Part shown: piece after piece, positions 19,525 through 30,749 of the stretch
Position numbering within the stretch: the stretch's first letter is position 1
How the letters are laid out: each line of letters opens with the position of its first letter
Origin: Acidimicrobiales bacterium
Lineage (GTDB): Bacteria; Actinomycetota; Acidimicrobiia; Acidimicrobiales; Bin134
Assembly: GCA_965231915.1 (NCBI GenBank)
Contig: OZ246892.1
Coordinates: 2,320,891 to 2,384,890 of the forward strand
DNA: 64,000 nt
Direction of reading: 5' to 3'
The notes under the pieces: model-generated
Databases searched by the model: none
Seen by the model: only the letters and a program-made list of their open reading frames with translations
What the model was told of the DNA's origin: nothing
Program-made: the position numbers and the translations under genes

Positions 19525-21696
19525 CTATTGGCTTGCTGCCTTCTGACGGCGGCGATGGGCGGTGAGAATGGGCTCGGTGTAGCCGTTGGGCTGGTCGCGA
19601 CCCGCGAGCACAAGGGCCAGGGCGGCGCTGAACGGGATGCTGGCCGCGAAATCCTCGCTCATGGGCTCATAGGCGGGATCGTCGGCGTTCTGGGCGTCCA
19701 CCACTGAGGCCATCCGCCGCATAGCCTCTACGACCTGCTCTTCGGACAGCAGCCCGTGGTGGAGCCAATTGGCGATGTGCTGGGAGGAGATCCGCAGGGT
19801 GGCTCGATCTTCCATCAGACCGACATTGTCGATATCGGGCACCTTGGAGCAGCCCACTCCCTGGCCCACCCACCGGGTTACGTAGCCCAAGATGCCCTGG
19901 GCGTTGTTGTCCAACTCCCGTTGGATCTCGGCGGGAGACAGCTCGCGGTCATGCGGAATAATGGCTGGGGTCAGCATGGCCTGAACAGCGGCTTTGCGGT
20001 CTGCGGGAGAGGTGGCCAGCCTTCTTTGACGCGCGGCCACGTCGGTCTCCAGGTAGTGGAGGGCGTGAAGGGTGGCCGCGGTGGGAGAGGGGACCCACGC
20101 GGTAGATGCCCCGGCCATGGGGTGACCAATTTTCTCGTCCAGCATGGCAGCCATGTCGTCGGGCCTCGCCCACATCCCTTTGCCGATCTGCGCGTGACCT
20201 GGCAGACCCATCTCCAGCCCGACGGCCACGTTGGCCACCTCATAGGCAGTCAGCCACCTCGACGTCTTGATCTCCGCCTTTGGGATCATGGGGCCGGCGT
20301 CCATGTTGGTGTGGATGTCGTCTCCGGTGCGGTCCAAGAATCCCGTGTTGATGAACACCACCCGCTTGGAGGCTTCGGCAATGCAAGCGGCCAAGTTGAG
20401 CGACGTGCGGCGCTCCTCGTCCATGATCCCCATCTTCAACGTGTTTGAGGCCAATCCCAAGATGCCCTCAATGGCGGCAAACAGATCCCGAACCAACGCG
20501 GTCTCACGGGGGCCGTGCATCTTCGGCATCACTATGTAGACCGACCTCGATTGGCTGTTGCGGTGAGGCCCGGTCCCGTTGAGGTCGAATATCGCACACC
20601 AAGCGGCAACCGCAACGTCGATGATGGTCTCGGGAATCGGCTGGCCGTTCGCTCGCACCATGTCGGTGTCCATGTGCAGGCCCACGCTGCGAATCAGCAT
20701 GACGCTGCGCCTACGCACCGTCATCGGGTTCCCCGACGGATCAATCGCCGCAGTGTCAGCACTCAGACTGCGGGTCATGGACTGGCCGCCCTTGGCGAAC
20801 GAAGCTGTGAGATTGCCCTGCATCAGTCCAAGCCAGTTGGCGTAAGCCAAGGCCTTGTCATCGGCATCTACGGCGGCCACCGAGTCCTCCAGGTCCATGA
20901 TGGTGGTGACGGCCGACTCCATCATCACGTCAGCAATTCCCGCTGGGTCGTCGCGGCCGATGTCGTGGTTTCGGTCGATCACCAATTCAATGTGGAGCCC
21001 GTGCTTTTGCAGGAGCACCGTTTCGGGAGCCGACTTACGCCCCGTATAGCCGGCGAATTGCTCGGGATTGGCCAGCCCAGCTGATTGGCCGTCGGGCAGG
21101 CCAACCCGCAACCCACCTCCGGACACCGCATAGGACACTGCGTCGGCGTGCGACCCTGAGTCCAGGGGGAAATAGCTGTCCAAAAGGGATCGAACCCGGT
21201 CGATCACCCGCTGACCTCTTTCTGGGTTGTAGGGCCCGGCCCGTCCAGCTCCACCAGATTCGTCAATGGCATCGGTCCCGTAGAAGGCGTCATAAAGGCT
21301 GCCCCAACGGGCATTGGCCGCATTTAGGGCATAGCGGGCATTGTCCACGGGCACTACCAGTTGCGGTCCGGCCAGCAGCGCAATCTCCGGGTCGACCCCC
21401 GCGGTGACCACTGACCCGGGACCAGGGTCATCGACCATATAGCCGATAGATCGCAAGAAGGCGTTGGCTGCCTCAGGCTGTGTATCAGGGTCTTGGTGCC
21501 AAGCGTCAATCCGGGCTTGGAGATCGTCTCGCTCATTGCGGCATGCCTGAATCTGCGGTCGGAAGCGTTCGACGATCCCGCCGAATGCGGCCCAGAATCC
21601 TTCAGGTTCCACTCCTGTACCTGGTGCCAGCTGGTTGGTTACGAAGTCGGCCAAAGGGCGGGCCACCTCGAGCCTTCCAATCGTCTCGTACACCAC
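19525..21696 (-). CDS. glcB: Malate synthase G
   Basis: 723 aa. [58 protein letters not shown]. Confidence 0.96.
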   Translation of the reverse strand: MVYETIGRLEVARPLADFVTNQLAPGTGVEPEGFWAAFGGIVERFRPQIQACRNERDDLQARIDAWHQDPDTQPEAANAFLRSIGYMVDDPGPGSVVTAGVDPEIALLAGPQLVVPVDNARYALNAANARWGSLYDAFYGTDAIDESGGAGRAGPYNPERGQRVIDRVRSLLDSYFPLDSGSHADAVSYAVSGGGLRVGLPDGQSAGLANPEQFAGYTGRKSAPETVLLQKHGLHIELVIDRNHDIGRDDPAGIADVMMESAVTTIMDLEDSVAAVDADDKALAYANWLGLMQGNLTASFAKGGQSMTRSLSADTAAIDPSGNPMTVRRRSVMLIRSVGLHMDTDMVRANGQPIPETIIDVAVAAWCAIFDLNGTGPHRNSQSRSVYIVMPKMHGPRETALVRDLFAAIEGILGLASNTLKMGIMDEERRTSLNLAACIAEASKRVVFINTGFLDRTGDDIHTNMDAGPMIPKAEIKTSRWLTAYEVANVAVGLEMGLPGHAQIGKGMWARPDDMAAMLDEKIGHPMAGASTAWVPSPTAATLHALHYLETDVAARQRRLATSPADRKAAVQAMLTPAIIPHDRELSPAEIQRELDNNAQGILGYVTRWVGQGVGCSKVPDIDNVGLMEDRATLRISSQHIANWLHHGLLSEEQVVEAMRRMASVVDAQNADDPAYEPMSEDFAASIPFSAALALVLAGRDQPNGYTEPILTAHRRRQKAASQ

Positions 21697-21833
21697 GAGA
21701 AGTCAGGGTATGTCCGGGCGAGCCTGTTTTCTCAAGCAAGATCAGAATTCCCGCGAATAAAGGTGCAGTTAGAAGCGGTCCTGTTGCTAGCCTGCCCCGA
21801 CAACAACCCTCTAGCCACCAAAGAGGTATCAGC

Positions 21834-24104
21834 ATGGCCGCCAATGTTGCCGGTTCATTCGATGCCGAGGTCCGATCCACCCAGGCGTGGATGGCTTCGC
21901 CCCGCTTCGAAGGGGTGACCCGCCTGTACTCGGCTCGCCAAGTGGTGGAGCAGCGCGGGGTGATCGACCAGAGCTACCCGGTGGCTCGGGTTGCCGCCGA
22001 GGCGTTCCACACCCGCCTGCGAGAGCTATTCGACCAGGGCCAGTGCATTTCGACGTTCGGCCCGTACTCGCCGGGCCAGGCCGTTGCCATGAAGCGCGCG
22101 GGGATTGAGGGCATCTACCTGGGAGGATGGGCTACATCGGCTAAGGGCTCTTTGCACGAGGATCCTGGACCAGATTTAGCCAGCTACCCACTGGGCATGG
22201 TTCCCGATGAGGCGGCCGGACTGGTGCGGGCGCTGTTGACCGCCGACCGAAACCAGCGTTTCGCTCGGTCCCGGATGACCGCATCTGAGCGCCTGGCCAA
22301 CCCGGCAGTCGATTTCACCCCCAGCATCATCGCCGACGCCGACACCGGCCACGGCGGCGATGCCCACGTCCGTAATCTGATCCGCCGCTTCGTTGAGGCT
22401 GGCGTACCCGGCTACCACATCGAAGACCAAAAGCCCGGTGTCAAGAAATGCGGCCACCAGGGGGGCAAGGTTCTGGTGCCGTGCGATGAGCAGATCAAGC
22501 GGTTGAACGCAGCCCGATTCCAATTGGACGTGATGGGGGTGCCCGGCATCATCGTGGCCCGCACCGACGCAGAAGCTGCCAACCTGTTGGACGGCGGGAC
22601 CGACGAACGCGACCAACCGTTCATCATGGGAGCTACCCAGCTATCGGTTCCCTCATACAAGGACGCCTACTTGGCCGTATTGCGCCGGCTGGCTGAGGTT
22701 GGCGTGGAAGGGGTAAACGGCCACCTGCTGTATGCCGTGCCCGAAAACCGCTACAAGCGAGCAATGGGCTGGCTCGATCAGACCGGGGTCAACCAGATCA
22801 TCGAGAAGACCGCGGTCACCTACCACTCCTCGCCCGACCCCCGGGCCGACGACGCAGTAGACCGGGTCTCTGACGCACTGGCCGAGGCGTGGCACCGGGC
22901 ATCGGGTTTGGCCACCTATGCCCAAGCGGTAGCCGACCAGCTGGTGATGCGGTCAGCGGAGGGCGAGACCTTCGGGATGGATGTGGGGGAGTGGCTTAGC
23001 TACGCCCGCACGGTTGACACCGAAACTGCTCGGGAACGGGCTGTGGAGATGGGCCTGGACGTAGCCTGGGATCCCGAGGTGGCCCGGACCACAGAAGGCT
23101 ACTACCAGGTGCAGGGCGGAATCCCCTATGCGGTGGCCAAGTCGTTGGCGGTGGCTCCGTTCTGCGACTTGTTGTGGATGGAGACCAAAACGGCCGACCT
23201 GGAGGATGCCCGAGAATTTGCCGAGGCCGTCCATGCTGTGCATCCCGACAAGATGCTGGCCTACAACTTGTCGCCGTCGTTCAACTGGGACACCACCGGC
23301 ATGAGCGAGGACGAGATGCGGCAATTCCCCGCTGAGCTGGGACGCCTGGGGTTCGTGTTCAACTTCATCACCTACGGCGGCCACCAAGTGGATGGGATGG
23401 CGGGGGAGGAGTTCGCCGCCTCCCTCCAACAGGACGGAATGCTGGCGCTGGCCCGGCTTCAGCGGAGGTTCCGCCTGGTGGACTCCCCGTACAGGACGCC
23501 GCAGACCCTGGTTGGCGGGCCTCGTCTGGATGCCGCGCTTATGGCCAGCTCGGGGCGCACCGCCACCACCCGGGCCATGGGCAAGGGCTCAACCCAGTTC
23601 CAGCACCTGGTGCAGACCGAGGTGCCCACCCGTGAGCTCGAGGCCTGGCTGGAGCGTTGGGCGGCCCACAACACCATCGATGCCCAGCTGAAAGTGAAGC
23701 TGCGTCCATACACCGCCGGGTCGGAGATCCTCGAGCTGGTGGTGTACAGCGGCGACAACGACTTGGCCAACGTGGTGTTCGGGGTGCTGACCGACCGACG
23801 GGGCCGGGCCATCCTCTCCGTTCGGGACCAGAACACCCACAGCCCGGCTCTGCGCCGCAAGCGGCTCATGGCGCTCATGCACCTGTACCTCATACGCCGC
23901 TACAACGCGGTTTCGATCCAATACCTCACGCCAACCGAGGACAACTATCGCCAGGCCGTGGGCATGAAGGAGCTCGGCTTCTTCGCCTCAGTATCCGACG
24001 AGGTGGGCGAGATCATCGTCGCCGACGTCGACGAGGCGGTGGTGACCAAGCTGGTAAGTGAAGACGACGCCTTGCAGGAGCTCATCCACGGTCGGGGCGC
24101 CTAG
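21834..24104 (+). CDS. aceA: Isocitrate lyase, long ICL2 type with C-terminal regulatory domain
   Basis: [44 protein letters not shown] and a C-terminal extension of about 170 aa. ATG at 21834 follows GAGG. Confidence 0.93.
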   Translation: MAANVAGSFDAEVRSTQAWMASPRFEGVTRLYSARQVVEQRGVIDQSYPVARVAAEAFHTRLRELFDQGQCISTFGPYSPGQAVAMKRAGIEGIYLGGWATSAKGSLHEDPGPDLASYPLGMVPDEAAGLVRALLTADRNQRFARSRMTASERLANPAVDFTPSIIADADTGHGGDAHVRNLIRRFVEAGVPGYHIEDQKPGVKKCGHQGGKVLVPCDEQIKRLNAARFQLDVMGVPGIIVARTDAEAANLLDGGTDERDQPFIMGATQLSVPSYKDAYLAVLRRLAEVGVEGVNGHLLYAVPENRYKRAMGWLDQTGVNQIIEKTAVTYHSSPDPRADDAVDRVSDALAEAWHRASGLATYAQAVADQLVMRSAEGETFGMDVGEWLSYARTVDTETARERAVEMGLDVAWDPEVARTTEGYYQVQGGIPYAVAKSLAVAPFCDLLWMETKTADLEDAREFAEAVHAVHPDKMLAYNLSPSFNWDTTGMSEDEMRQFPAELGRLGFVFNFITYGGHQVDGMAGEEFAASLQQDGMLALARLQRRFRLVDSPYRTPQTLVGGPRLDAALMASSGRTATTRAMGKGSTQFQHLVQTEVPTRELEAWLERWAAHNTIDAQLKVKLRPYTAGSEILELVVYSGDNDLANVVFGVLTDRRGRAILSVRDQNTHSPALRRKRLMALMHLYLIRRYNAVSIQYLTPTEDNYRQAVGMKELGFFASVSDEVGEIIVADVDEAVVTKLVSEDDALQELIHGRGA

Positions 24105-25315
24105 TAGTCCCTCACGCGGGCCATTGCCGAGCGAAGGCCCAGGGTCAGGATTCCGGTTAGGCCGGCTACCCCAGAAAGCAGCACGAGCCCGGCACCGAAA
24201 CCACCGATGTCGGCGAGAACGCCGAACAAGATCGGTCCGGTTACGCCACCGGCTTCACCAACTGTGAAGAACAATCCACCGGCCGCTCCCATATTGCGCT
24301 GCGCAACGCCGGGGAGCTGCATCATCACCACCAGGGCAATCGGTACAGCCAGCCCTCTGCTCATGCCGATTATGGCCAACCCGGCCAAGGTGGCTGCCTT
24401 GACGTCCACATACAGCAGAATGGAGGCAGCGGCGAACACGGCATAAACCCCGGCCATAACCGCGATCCGACTGCTTTCTGGGATCAGGCGCGGCCCAAGC
24501 AGCGCACCGACGATGCTGAGGGCAGTTACCGCACCAGCCAGGTAGCCCGCTGCTGAACTGGAGAATCCCCGGTCTTCGATCACGGTTGGCAGCCATCCAT
24601 TTAGGGCGTGGTTGAAGAAGAACATGCCCAGGGCCACGATCAGCATGAGCTGAACGGCTCGGTGGCGCAACAGGCCCCTGGCACCAGAGAAGCCGTGGTC
24701 GGGATTGGCATCGCGGTCCACCCCAGGAGCGAGCCGCTCACCCGCAGATGCGGCGACCAACCAGACGGCGATGATGGCGACGGTAATGAGGGCGTACACA
24801 AAAAGCGTCGCCCGCCAGCTCTGGTCGAAAGCGGGCATGAGGAGGCTGTTGGCGGTAACCAAGGGCAAAACTCCGCCGATGGCCGGTGCAGACATGGTGA
24901 TCCCCATGGCCAGCGCTCGCTCTTCCTCGTCGAACCACACGCTGATCAGCTTGGGAGCACCCACGGAAACCAGCGGCCCGCCGAGGCCAAACAATGCCAC
25001 CGAGCCGAACATGCCGATGAAGTTGGTAACGACCGGACGCAACAGCGCGGAGGCGGAGATGATCACGGTGGCGATTCCCAGCGAGCGGCGCAGCCCGAGC
25101 CGATCGACGAGTGCTCCAGCTGGCATCGCGGCAACGAGAAACACCAGAGGCCAAGCCCCCAGGATCGTTCCCATGGCCCCTTTGCTCAGATCCAAGTCTT
25201 CTCGGATCACGTTCACCAGCGGAGTCATGCCGAATACCGCTATTCCGAAGGAGAAGTACACCAGCCACAGTGCCCCCAGCATCACCCAGCGGTAGGGATG
25301 GCGATGGTGGAGCAC
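24101..25315 (-). CDS. MFS transporter (CynX-like)
   Basis: About 12 TM segments; motif [12 protein letters not shown]. Confidence 0.82.
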   Translation of the reverse strand: MLHHRHPYRWVMLGALWLVYFSFGIAVFGMTPLVNVIREDLDLSKGAMGTILGAWPLVFLVAAMPAGALVDRLGLRRSLGIATVIISASALLRPVVTNFIGMFGSVALFGLGGPLVSVGAPKLISVWFDEEERALAMGITMSAPAIGGVLPLVTANSLLMPAFDQSWRATLFVYALITVAIIAVWLVAASAGERLAPGVDRDANPDHGFSGARGLLRHRAVQLMLIVALGMFFFNHALNGWLPTVIEDRGFSSSAAGYLAGAVTALSIVGALLGPRLIPESSRIAVMAGVYAVFAAASILLYVDVKAATLAGLAIIGMSRGLAVPIALVVMMQLPGVAQRNMGAAGGLFFTVGEAGGVTGPILFGVLADIGGFGAGLVLLSGVAGLTGILTLGLRSAMARVRDY

Positions 25316-25362
25316 GTCGGCAACGTATCAACCCTCCGCAGTTGATCTGTCATGCTGAATCG

Positions 25363-26076
25363 ATGGGATTAGCAGTTGTAACCGGTGCGGGACAGGGGCT
25401 CGGGCGGGCGATCTCCAAGCGCCTGACCGCCGATGGACACCAGATCGTGGCGGTGGATCAAAGCCCGAACACCGCCGCGGCCACCGCGGAAATGCTCGGC
25501 GGCCAATGGCGGCAGTGCGATGTTTCCGACCCGGAATCGGTGGCCGCACTGGCCGATTCGCTGGACCAGGTGGATGTACTGGTGAACAACGCCGGCATCT
25601 GGATCTTCGCCAAGCTAGACGCTATGACGGCCCACGACGTGCGCCGAGTGCTGGAGGTGAACGTGATGGGGGTGTTCAACTGCACCCAGGCATTGGCACC
25701 ACTGATGGGGCCGGGATCGGCCATCGTCAACCTCTCGTCGAACGCGGCCTATTCCAACTCCCCGGGAGTGGGCATCTACCCGCCGTCCAAAGCAGCGGTG
25801 GAGAGCTTCACCAAACAGACCGCCCTTGAATTGGCCCCTCGCGGCATCAGAGCTAACGCCGTCGGCCCGGGAATGATTCAAACTGAGGGCACCCAGGTGA
25901 ACTATGAAGGCGAGAAGGGGGAGCAGCGGGCCCGGGCTGTGCCGCTAGGCCGAACCGGCCGCCCCGAGGACATTGCCGATGTGGTAGGATTCTTGGCCTC
26001 CAACGACGCCCGCTACGTCACCGGCCAGGTCATTTACGTTGACGGAGGCCTCAGCGCGGGCCGAGCGGCGCTTTAG
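25363..26076 (+). CDS. Short-chain dehydrogenase/reductase
   Basis: TGAGQGLG, NNAG, YPPSK, VDGG. ATG at 25363. Confidence 0.88.
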   Translation: MGLAVVTGAGQGLGRAISKRLTADGHQIVAVDQSPNTAAATAEMLGGQWRQCDVSDPESVAALADSLDQVDVLVNNAGIWIFAKLDAMTAHDVRRVLEVNVMGVFNCTQALAPLMGPGSAIVNLSSNAAYSNSPGVGIYPPSKAAVESFTKQTALELAPRGIRANAVGPGMIQTEGTQVNYEGEKGEQRARAVPLGRTGRPEDIADVVGFLASNDARYVTGQVIYVDGGLSAGRAAL

Positions 26077-28547
26077 CCGCTGTTCTCAAGCCGGGCTTCG
26101 TGAGCGTGCCAGCGGTGGTAGTGGGCCCAAAGAGCCAGCAGAGGCGGTAACACGGTAAAGGTGGCGACCAGTCCGAGCAGGATCGTGACCGCGGCGAGGA
26201 TGCCCAGTTCTTGCATCGGCGCCAGCGGGGAGAACACCAACACCAAGAGCCCGAGTGCGGTGGTGAGCGCGCTGGCCAAGAGGGCACCGCCGGTAGTGAC
26301 CATCGATTCGCGAACAGCGTCCGCAACCCGTTCCGCCCCCTTCTCCTCTTCCAGAAAGCGATGGGTCAGGTGGATCGTGTAGTCAACGCCTATCCCGATC
26401 GTCAGCACCACCATGAGCGCCGTTCCCATGTTGTAGGAGATCCCGAACACCCACATAGCCCCCAACAGCCAAGAGAGGGTCACCATGATGGGAAGGATGG
26501 TGATCAACCCGAGTACGGGGCGGGAATGGCTCAAGCCGAAGTAGAGCACCAGGATCGCCAAGGCGGCGGCGACTACCAGGCCAACGCTGTAGACCTGGCT
26601 ATCGGCGAGTTCCTCGGTGATCAAAGCAATGAGGGCGTCGCCCCCCGTTATGGTGATCTCCGAGCTGTCGCCCCCCCCCCAGAGCGTTTCAATCTCGGCG
26701 ATCAAATCCTGAAGGGCCTCGTTGGTATTTACCGCCACCGGAATCTGCACAATGGTGCGGTCGAAGCCGCTGGAGCGAAAGTCAAGCACCTCGGCGACAC
26801 CGGTCGGATCCACTCCCTCGAGCAGGGCCCACGCCTTTTGGGCATCCTCTCTGGTCGCGCTGATGCTGCTGCTCATGTGGTTGAAGGCGGCGTCCACAGC
26901 GGGGTCATAGTTGTCGCCGGGCAGCCCGCTCTGGTCGGTCCAGTCGGCCAGCAGCGTTCCGGCAGAGGCCAGGGGAGGTCCCACGATACCGTCAGGCCGA
27001 CGCGCCGGGTCGACCAGGATCGTATGGAGGCTGGTCAGGTCTCGGACGGTGCGACCGTCGGTGAGGTCGGTCTCGATGAGCACCGTCATCAGCGTGGCGC
27101 TGCCCTCAAAGTTGTCATCGAGGAAATTGAAGTTCTTGGCCGTTTCGGAGTCTTTGGGCAGGAAGTCCTTAACTGCGAAGCTGCTGCTGAGGTTACTGGC
27201 GGCCACAATGGCCAGAACAGTGACCACTATGGCGGCAGTGAGGAAAGGGAGCGGGCGGCGCACGACGGCGGCGGCGATACGGGGCAAGATGACCGCCGCG
27301 CCGGGAACCGTGTCGGCTACGGGCTGGTCAGCCGGCTCGCGTCCCTTGGCAGTTAGGCGTCGGTCCAATGCCAGCCTGGTGGCGGGCACAAAGCTTGTCA
27401 TCACCACCCAGCCCGAGATCACCCCGATGCTGGCGATGATGCCGAATTCGGCGATGGGCTCGAATCGGCTGGAAAGGTTGGCGAGCAGGCTGACCGAGGT
27501 GGTGCCCGCGGCCAGCAGGAGCGGCACACCGCAGAGCCGCACAGAGCTGGCCATGGCCCGGCCGGGGGCGTCACCTGTCCGCTCTTCGTCGGCGCGCAGG
27601 GCTTCGCGGTAGCGCCCGGTGATTTGCAGCGCGTAGTCGACGGTCAGGCTGATTAGAAGGACGGGAACCAGCGCGAGCAGGAGGTTGTCGGGGTCGACGA
27701 TGCCGGCCCCGCCGGGGGAGAGCCAGAAGAGTGCGCCGAACGTCCAAAGGATCGTTATGCCGAGGCCCATCATGGTGATGTGGACGTCCGACTGGGTCCG
27801 GTAGAACACGGCCAATAGGACGCCGATTACCGCGAGTGCGATCATCGTGAGCAGCAGAAGGCTCGAGTCCCGCGCCTCTTTGGCCTCGGCATCGCTCTTG
27901 GCAATGGTGATGATCGACACATCAAGGGAGGCTGTGTCCATTGATTCTGCAATCTCATGGGCCCGCAACTGCGCCGTTTCCTGGCCGAGCGGGTCGCCGA
28001 TGTCGTCGAGGATGACCAGTGAGAGTCCGGCAACCGGAGCACCGGCGTCGTCGCGGGCCACGAAGCGGCCCAAGAGGTCGTTCAGCTCGGCGCGTTCGGG
28101 GTCTTGCGCCATCTGCGCCAGCCCGAGAGCGATTTGGGAGTCGGTGATCGTGTCCACGCTGAGCCCCACATCGGCCGCCGCGAGCTCGATAAGCTGGACG
28201 TATCCGTACAGGGGTTCTTCCACCAAGAACGGCTCCACCTGCGCATCGTTGATGATGGCGGCTTGCAAGTTCTTGATTGCCCGGAGGGAATCAGCGGTGA
28301 AGACATCGCCCTTGGCCAGTATCTGCACCACCCGCAGATCGGCTGCAGCCGGGAAGCTCTCCCGGATGGCATCAGTGGCTTCGGCCAGGTCGCTGTCAGC
28401 AGGAAGGAAGATGCCGGTGGTGTCTACGGGGCCTTCTGGCTGGTCGCGCACGATAAACCCGCCAAGGAGGGCGAGCGTGACCACGCCTAGTGCAGCGAGG
28501 ACCAGTTTCGGTGATTTTTGAATGGCACGGGCCTGCCAGTCGAACAT
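26073..28547 (-). CDS. MMPL/RND family transporter
   Basis: Two repeats of 1 TM + extracytoplasmic domain + 5 TM; SLTVDYALQ and GIGVDYTIH motifs. Confidence 0.88.
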   Translation of the reverse strand: MFDWQARAIQKSPKLVLAALGVVTLALLGGFIVRDQPEGPVDTTGIFLPADSDLAEATDAIRESFPAAADLRVVQILAKGDVFTADSLRAIKNLQAAIINDAQVEPFLVEEPLYGYVQLIELAAADVGLSVDTITDSQIALGLAQMAQDPERAELNDLLGRFVARDDAGAPVAGLSLVILDDIGDPLGQETAQLRAHEIAESMDTASLDVSIITIAKSDAEAKEARDSSLLLLTMIALAVIGVLLAVFYRTQSDVHITMMGLGITILWTFGALFWLSPGGAGIVDPDNLLLALVPVLLISLTVDYALQITGRYREALRADEERTGDAPGRAMASSVRLCGVPLLLAAGTTSVSLLANLSSRFEPIAEFGIIASIGVISGWVVMTSFVPATRLALDRRLTAKGREPADQPVADTVPGAAVILPRIAAAVVRRPLPFLTAAIVVTVLAIVAASNLSSSFAVKDFLPKDSETAKNFNFLDDNFEGSATLMTVLIETDLTDGRTVRDLTSLHTILVDPARRPDGIVGPPLASAGTLLADWTDQSGLPGDNYDPAVDAAFNHMSSSISATREDAQKAWALLEGVDPTGVAEVLDFRSSGFDRTIVQIPVAVNTNEALQDLIAEIETLWGGGDSSEITITGGDALIALITEELADSQVYSVGLVVAAALAILVLYFGLSHSRPVLGLITILPIMVTLSWLLGAMWVFGISYNMGTALMVVLTIGIGVDYTIHLTHRFLEEEKGAERVADAVRESMVTTGGALLASALTTALGLLVLVFSPLAPMQELGILAAVTILLGLVATFTVLPPLLALWAHYHRWHAHEARLENSG

Positions 28548-28681
28548 GTTGCGACCTTAGTACGCTCAGCATGGGCAGCAGGACCAGCAGATCTCCTGGT
28601 GGTTGGACGGAGGGGAGCACTTGTGGTCGCCGGGGGCACCATCCGACAAGACTGCGGCGCCGCCCCGAAAGACAGCGGGTC

Positions 28682-29914
28682 TCACCAGCTGCTGGACTGC
28701 TCGGCGTATACCTGGTCGGGCATCAGATACTTGATGCCCTCGTCGTCGAATACCGTTCCCGACATATACGACGTGAATTTGGAGTAGTTGTTCTTCCGCG
28801 AGTACTTCGGGAACATCTTCGCCAGGATGCGGGTGAACATAGTCTGGAAGCGGAACCTGAGTAACACCCCGAAGGTGGACTGCTTGGGGTAGTTCAACTG
28901 ATCGGCCAGCGACTTCCCGATGAGTGTCCGCGATACCTTGTAGATGTATTTCGCCAGCTGCTGCCGCTCGGCTGGGTCGTCGATGCCGATGCCGACCACG
29001 AGGGGGGCTGAGTTGACCACCGAATTCGCTAACACGAGGGATGTTGCGCTGGGCTCCGGCTCGCACAAAGCACCGATATCGAACAGCTTCAGCGCGCTTT
29101 TTTCGTCGTGGAAGAGTATCGACTCGGGGATCCCCATCAGGTACCCCGAGTAGCGCCATCCCGCCATGAAGCTGGCGGCCTCCTCCTTGTTGTATCGCGC
29201 TCCCAGGGATCTCATATGTTTGAGAAGCCTGGCGGAGAACGCAGCGAGCGCGTAGCCGGTGTGGGCCGCGCTCAGCGGAACGCCCCACGCGTCAGCATCC
29301 CAATCCTCGGAGTCCTCGAGCAGGTGCCTGACCTGCGCGTGGACGAGCCGGATCCTGACCGAGAGCTTCCATCCGTCTCCGAAGCGCTCCAGCCCGCTGG
29401 GGAAGAATATTTCCAACATATGGCGGTTGTTCTGCTGAAGGCGCCGCACGCCCTGGTCACGTAGGCGTCCCGTGATGAAGAACGACTTGCTGATGTTGGT
29501 CGTGAAGCCCTCCACGAGAACGCCCGCGACCATCCCTCCCAAAACCAATTGCGAGTTCCGGTGGAACATGCGGACGCCCGGTGCTAGAGCCGACAGATCA
29601 AGCCAGTCCGGCGGCTTTTTCGCATGATCGAAGAACTCGTGAACCGCCAGGGGCGCATCGGGCAGGTCCTTCCCGTTCGTGTTGTCCATAAAGGCAGCGG
29701 TGAGCTTGTTCGATTCCGACCGTTTCATCGAAGAGAGCGCCTTGATCGCCGCATCGGCTAGGGGATCGCGGACCATGGTGTGCGACACATAGTTGTCGGC
29801 CATCTCCGGATCAAGGGCCCGGGCTCGCGAGTAGCCCGAGTGTTGATAGTCGGATGGTGTGTTGTCCGGTAGCTGTTTATTGAGCAACCAATCGTGCTGG
29901 TCATTCAGAGCCAT
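28682..29914 (-). CDS. Oxygenase MpaB / Lcp-like (DUF2236) heme protein
   Basis: DPLADA, PPDWLD, RIRLVHAQVR (conserved His), W..PLS, WRYSGYLMGI. Confidence 0.8.
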   Translation of the reverse strand: MALNDQHDWLLNKQLPDNTPSDYQHSGYSRARALDPEMADNYVSHTMVRDPLADAAIKALSSMKRSESNKLTAAFMDNTNGKDLPDAPLAVHEFFDHAKKPPDWLDLSALAPGVRMFHRNSQLVLGGMVAGVLVEGFTTNISKSFFITGRLRDQGVRRLQQNNRHMLEIFFPSGLERFGDGWKLSVRIRLVHAQVRHLLEDSEDWDADAWGVPLSAAHTGYALAAFSARLLKHMRSLGARYNKEEAASFMAGWRYSGYLMGIPESILFHDEKSALKLFDIGALCEPEPSATSLVLANSVVNSAPLVVGIGIDDPAERQQLAKYIYKVSRTLIGKSLADQLNYPKQSTFGVLLRFRFQTMFTRILAKMFPKYSRKNNYSKFTSYMSGTVFDDEGIKYLMPDQVYAEQSSSW

Positions 29915-30008
29915 GCGCGAAGCATACCCCTAGTCTCAACATGCAACAATCATCCACTCATCACTCAGGCGGTGGAGTCGATTGGCCCCTCGGGCCGGTC
30001 AAGAAACC

Positions 30009-30560
30009 TCACCACTTGCTGGACTCCTCGGCGTAGACATGGTCGGGCAAGTGGTAGGTGATGCCCTCGTCGTGGTACCAGGATCCCGATAAGAGTGTTG
30101 TGAAGTTCGAAATGTTGCTCTTGCGTGCGATCTTGGGGAGGAACCGCAACATGAAGCGGTCGTAGCTGGCCTGTACGCGGAACCAGGGAAGCACGCCGAA
30201 GGTGGACTGCTGGGGATAGTTCAACTGATTGGCCAGTGTGTCGCCGATGAGCGCCCGCGACACCTTGTAGACGTACTGCGACAATTTCTGACCCTCAACT
30301 GGGTCGTCAATCCCAACCACGAGGGGCGTCGAGTTGACCAGCGAGTTGGCCAGAACGACAGATGCGGCGCTGGGCTCTGGCTCGCACATGGTGCCGACCT
30401 CGTACAGCTTCAACGCATCTTCCTCGCACCATCTTTCGGTTCCGATGGAACATGTGAATGCCGGCGGTCAATGCGGGGAGTTCGAGCCAGTCTGGTGACG
30501 TGAAGACATCTTCAAAGAGAGCGTGGACCTCCTTCGGAGCGTCAGGAGGATCGTCCCCGT
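30009..30560 (-). pseudogene. Truncated, internally deleted paralog of the adjacent MpaB-family gene
   Basis: DDPPDAPKEVH...PDWLELPAL.AGIHMFHRNRKMV aligns to residues ~82-124 of the neighbour. It jumps with a frame change near 30428 to EEDALKLYEVG.CEPEPS (residues ~270-410). The 5' end is missing. Confidence 0.82.
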
Positions 30561-30749
30561 AAGGGGCAGGTCGCCCACATAACTTTACATAACATGTATT
30601 CTCAACGTTCAAGAACTTTTTGGTGACGGGAACTGATCGAAAATTTCTGTAGACAACTGAGGCGACACCAGTTAGAGTCGCCTCTACTGGTTTGAGCCAG
30701 GGTTATCGGCCTCACAGGCCCCCATCGAGACGTGTCGTACGGAGGGCCA

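Noticed and set aside
26211-27612. Long antisense ORFs (e.g. 26211..27356, 14029..15141, 44446..45561, 61929..63008)
   Set aside because: These are shadow ORFs expected in high-GC DNA opposite well-supported genes, with no recognisable motifs.
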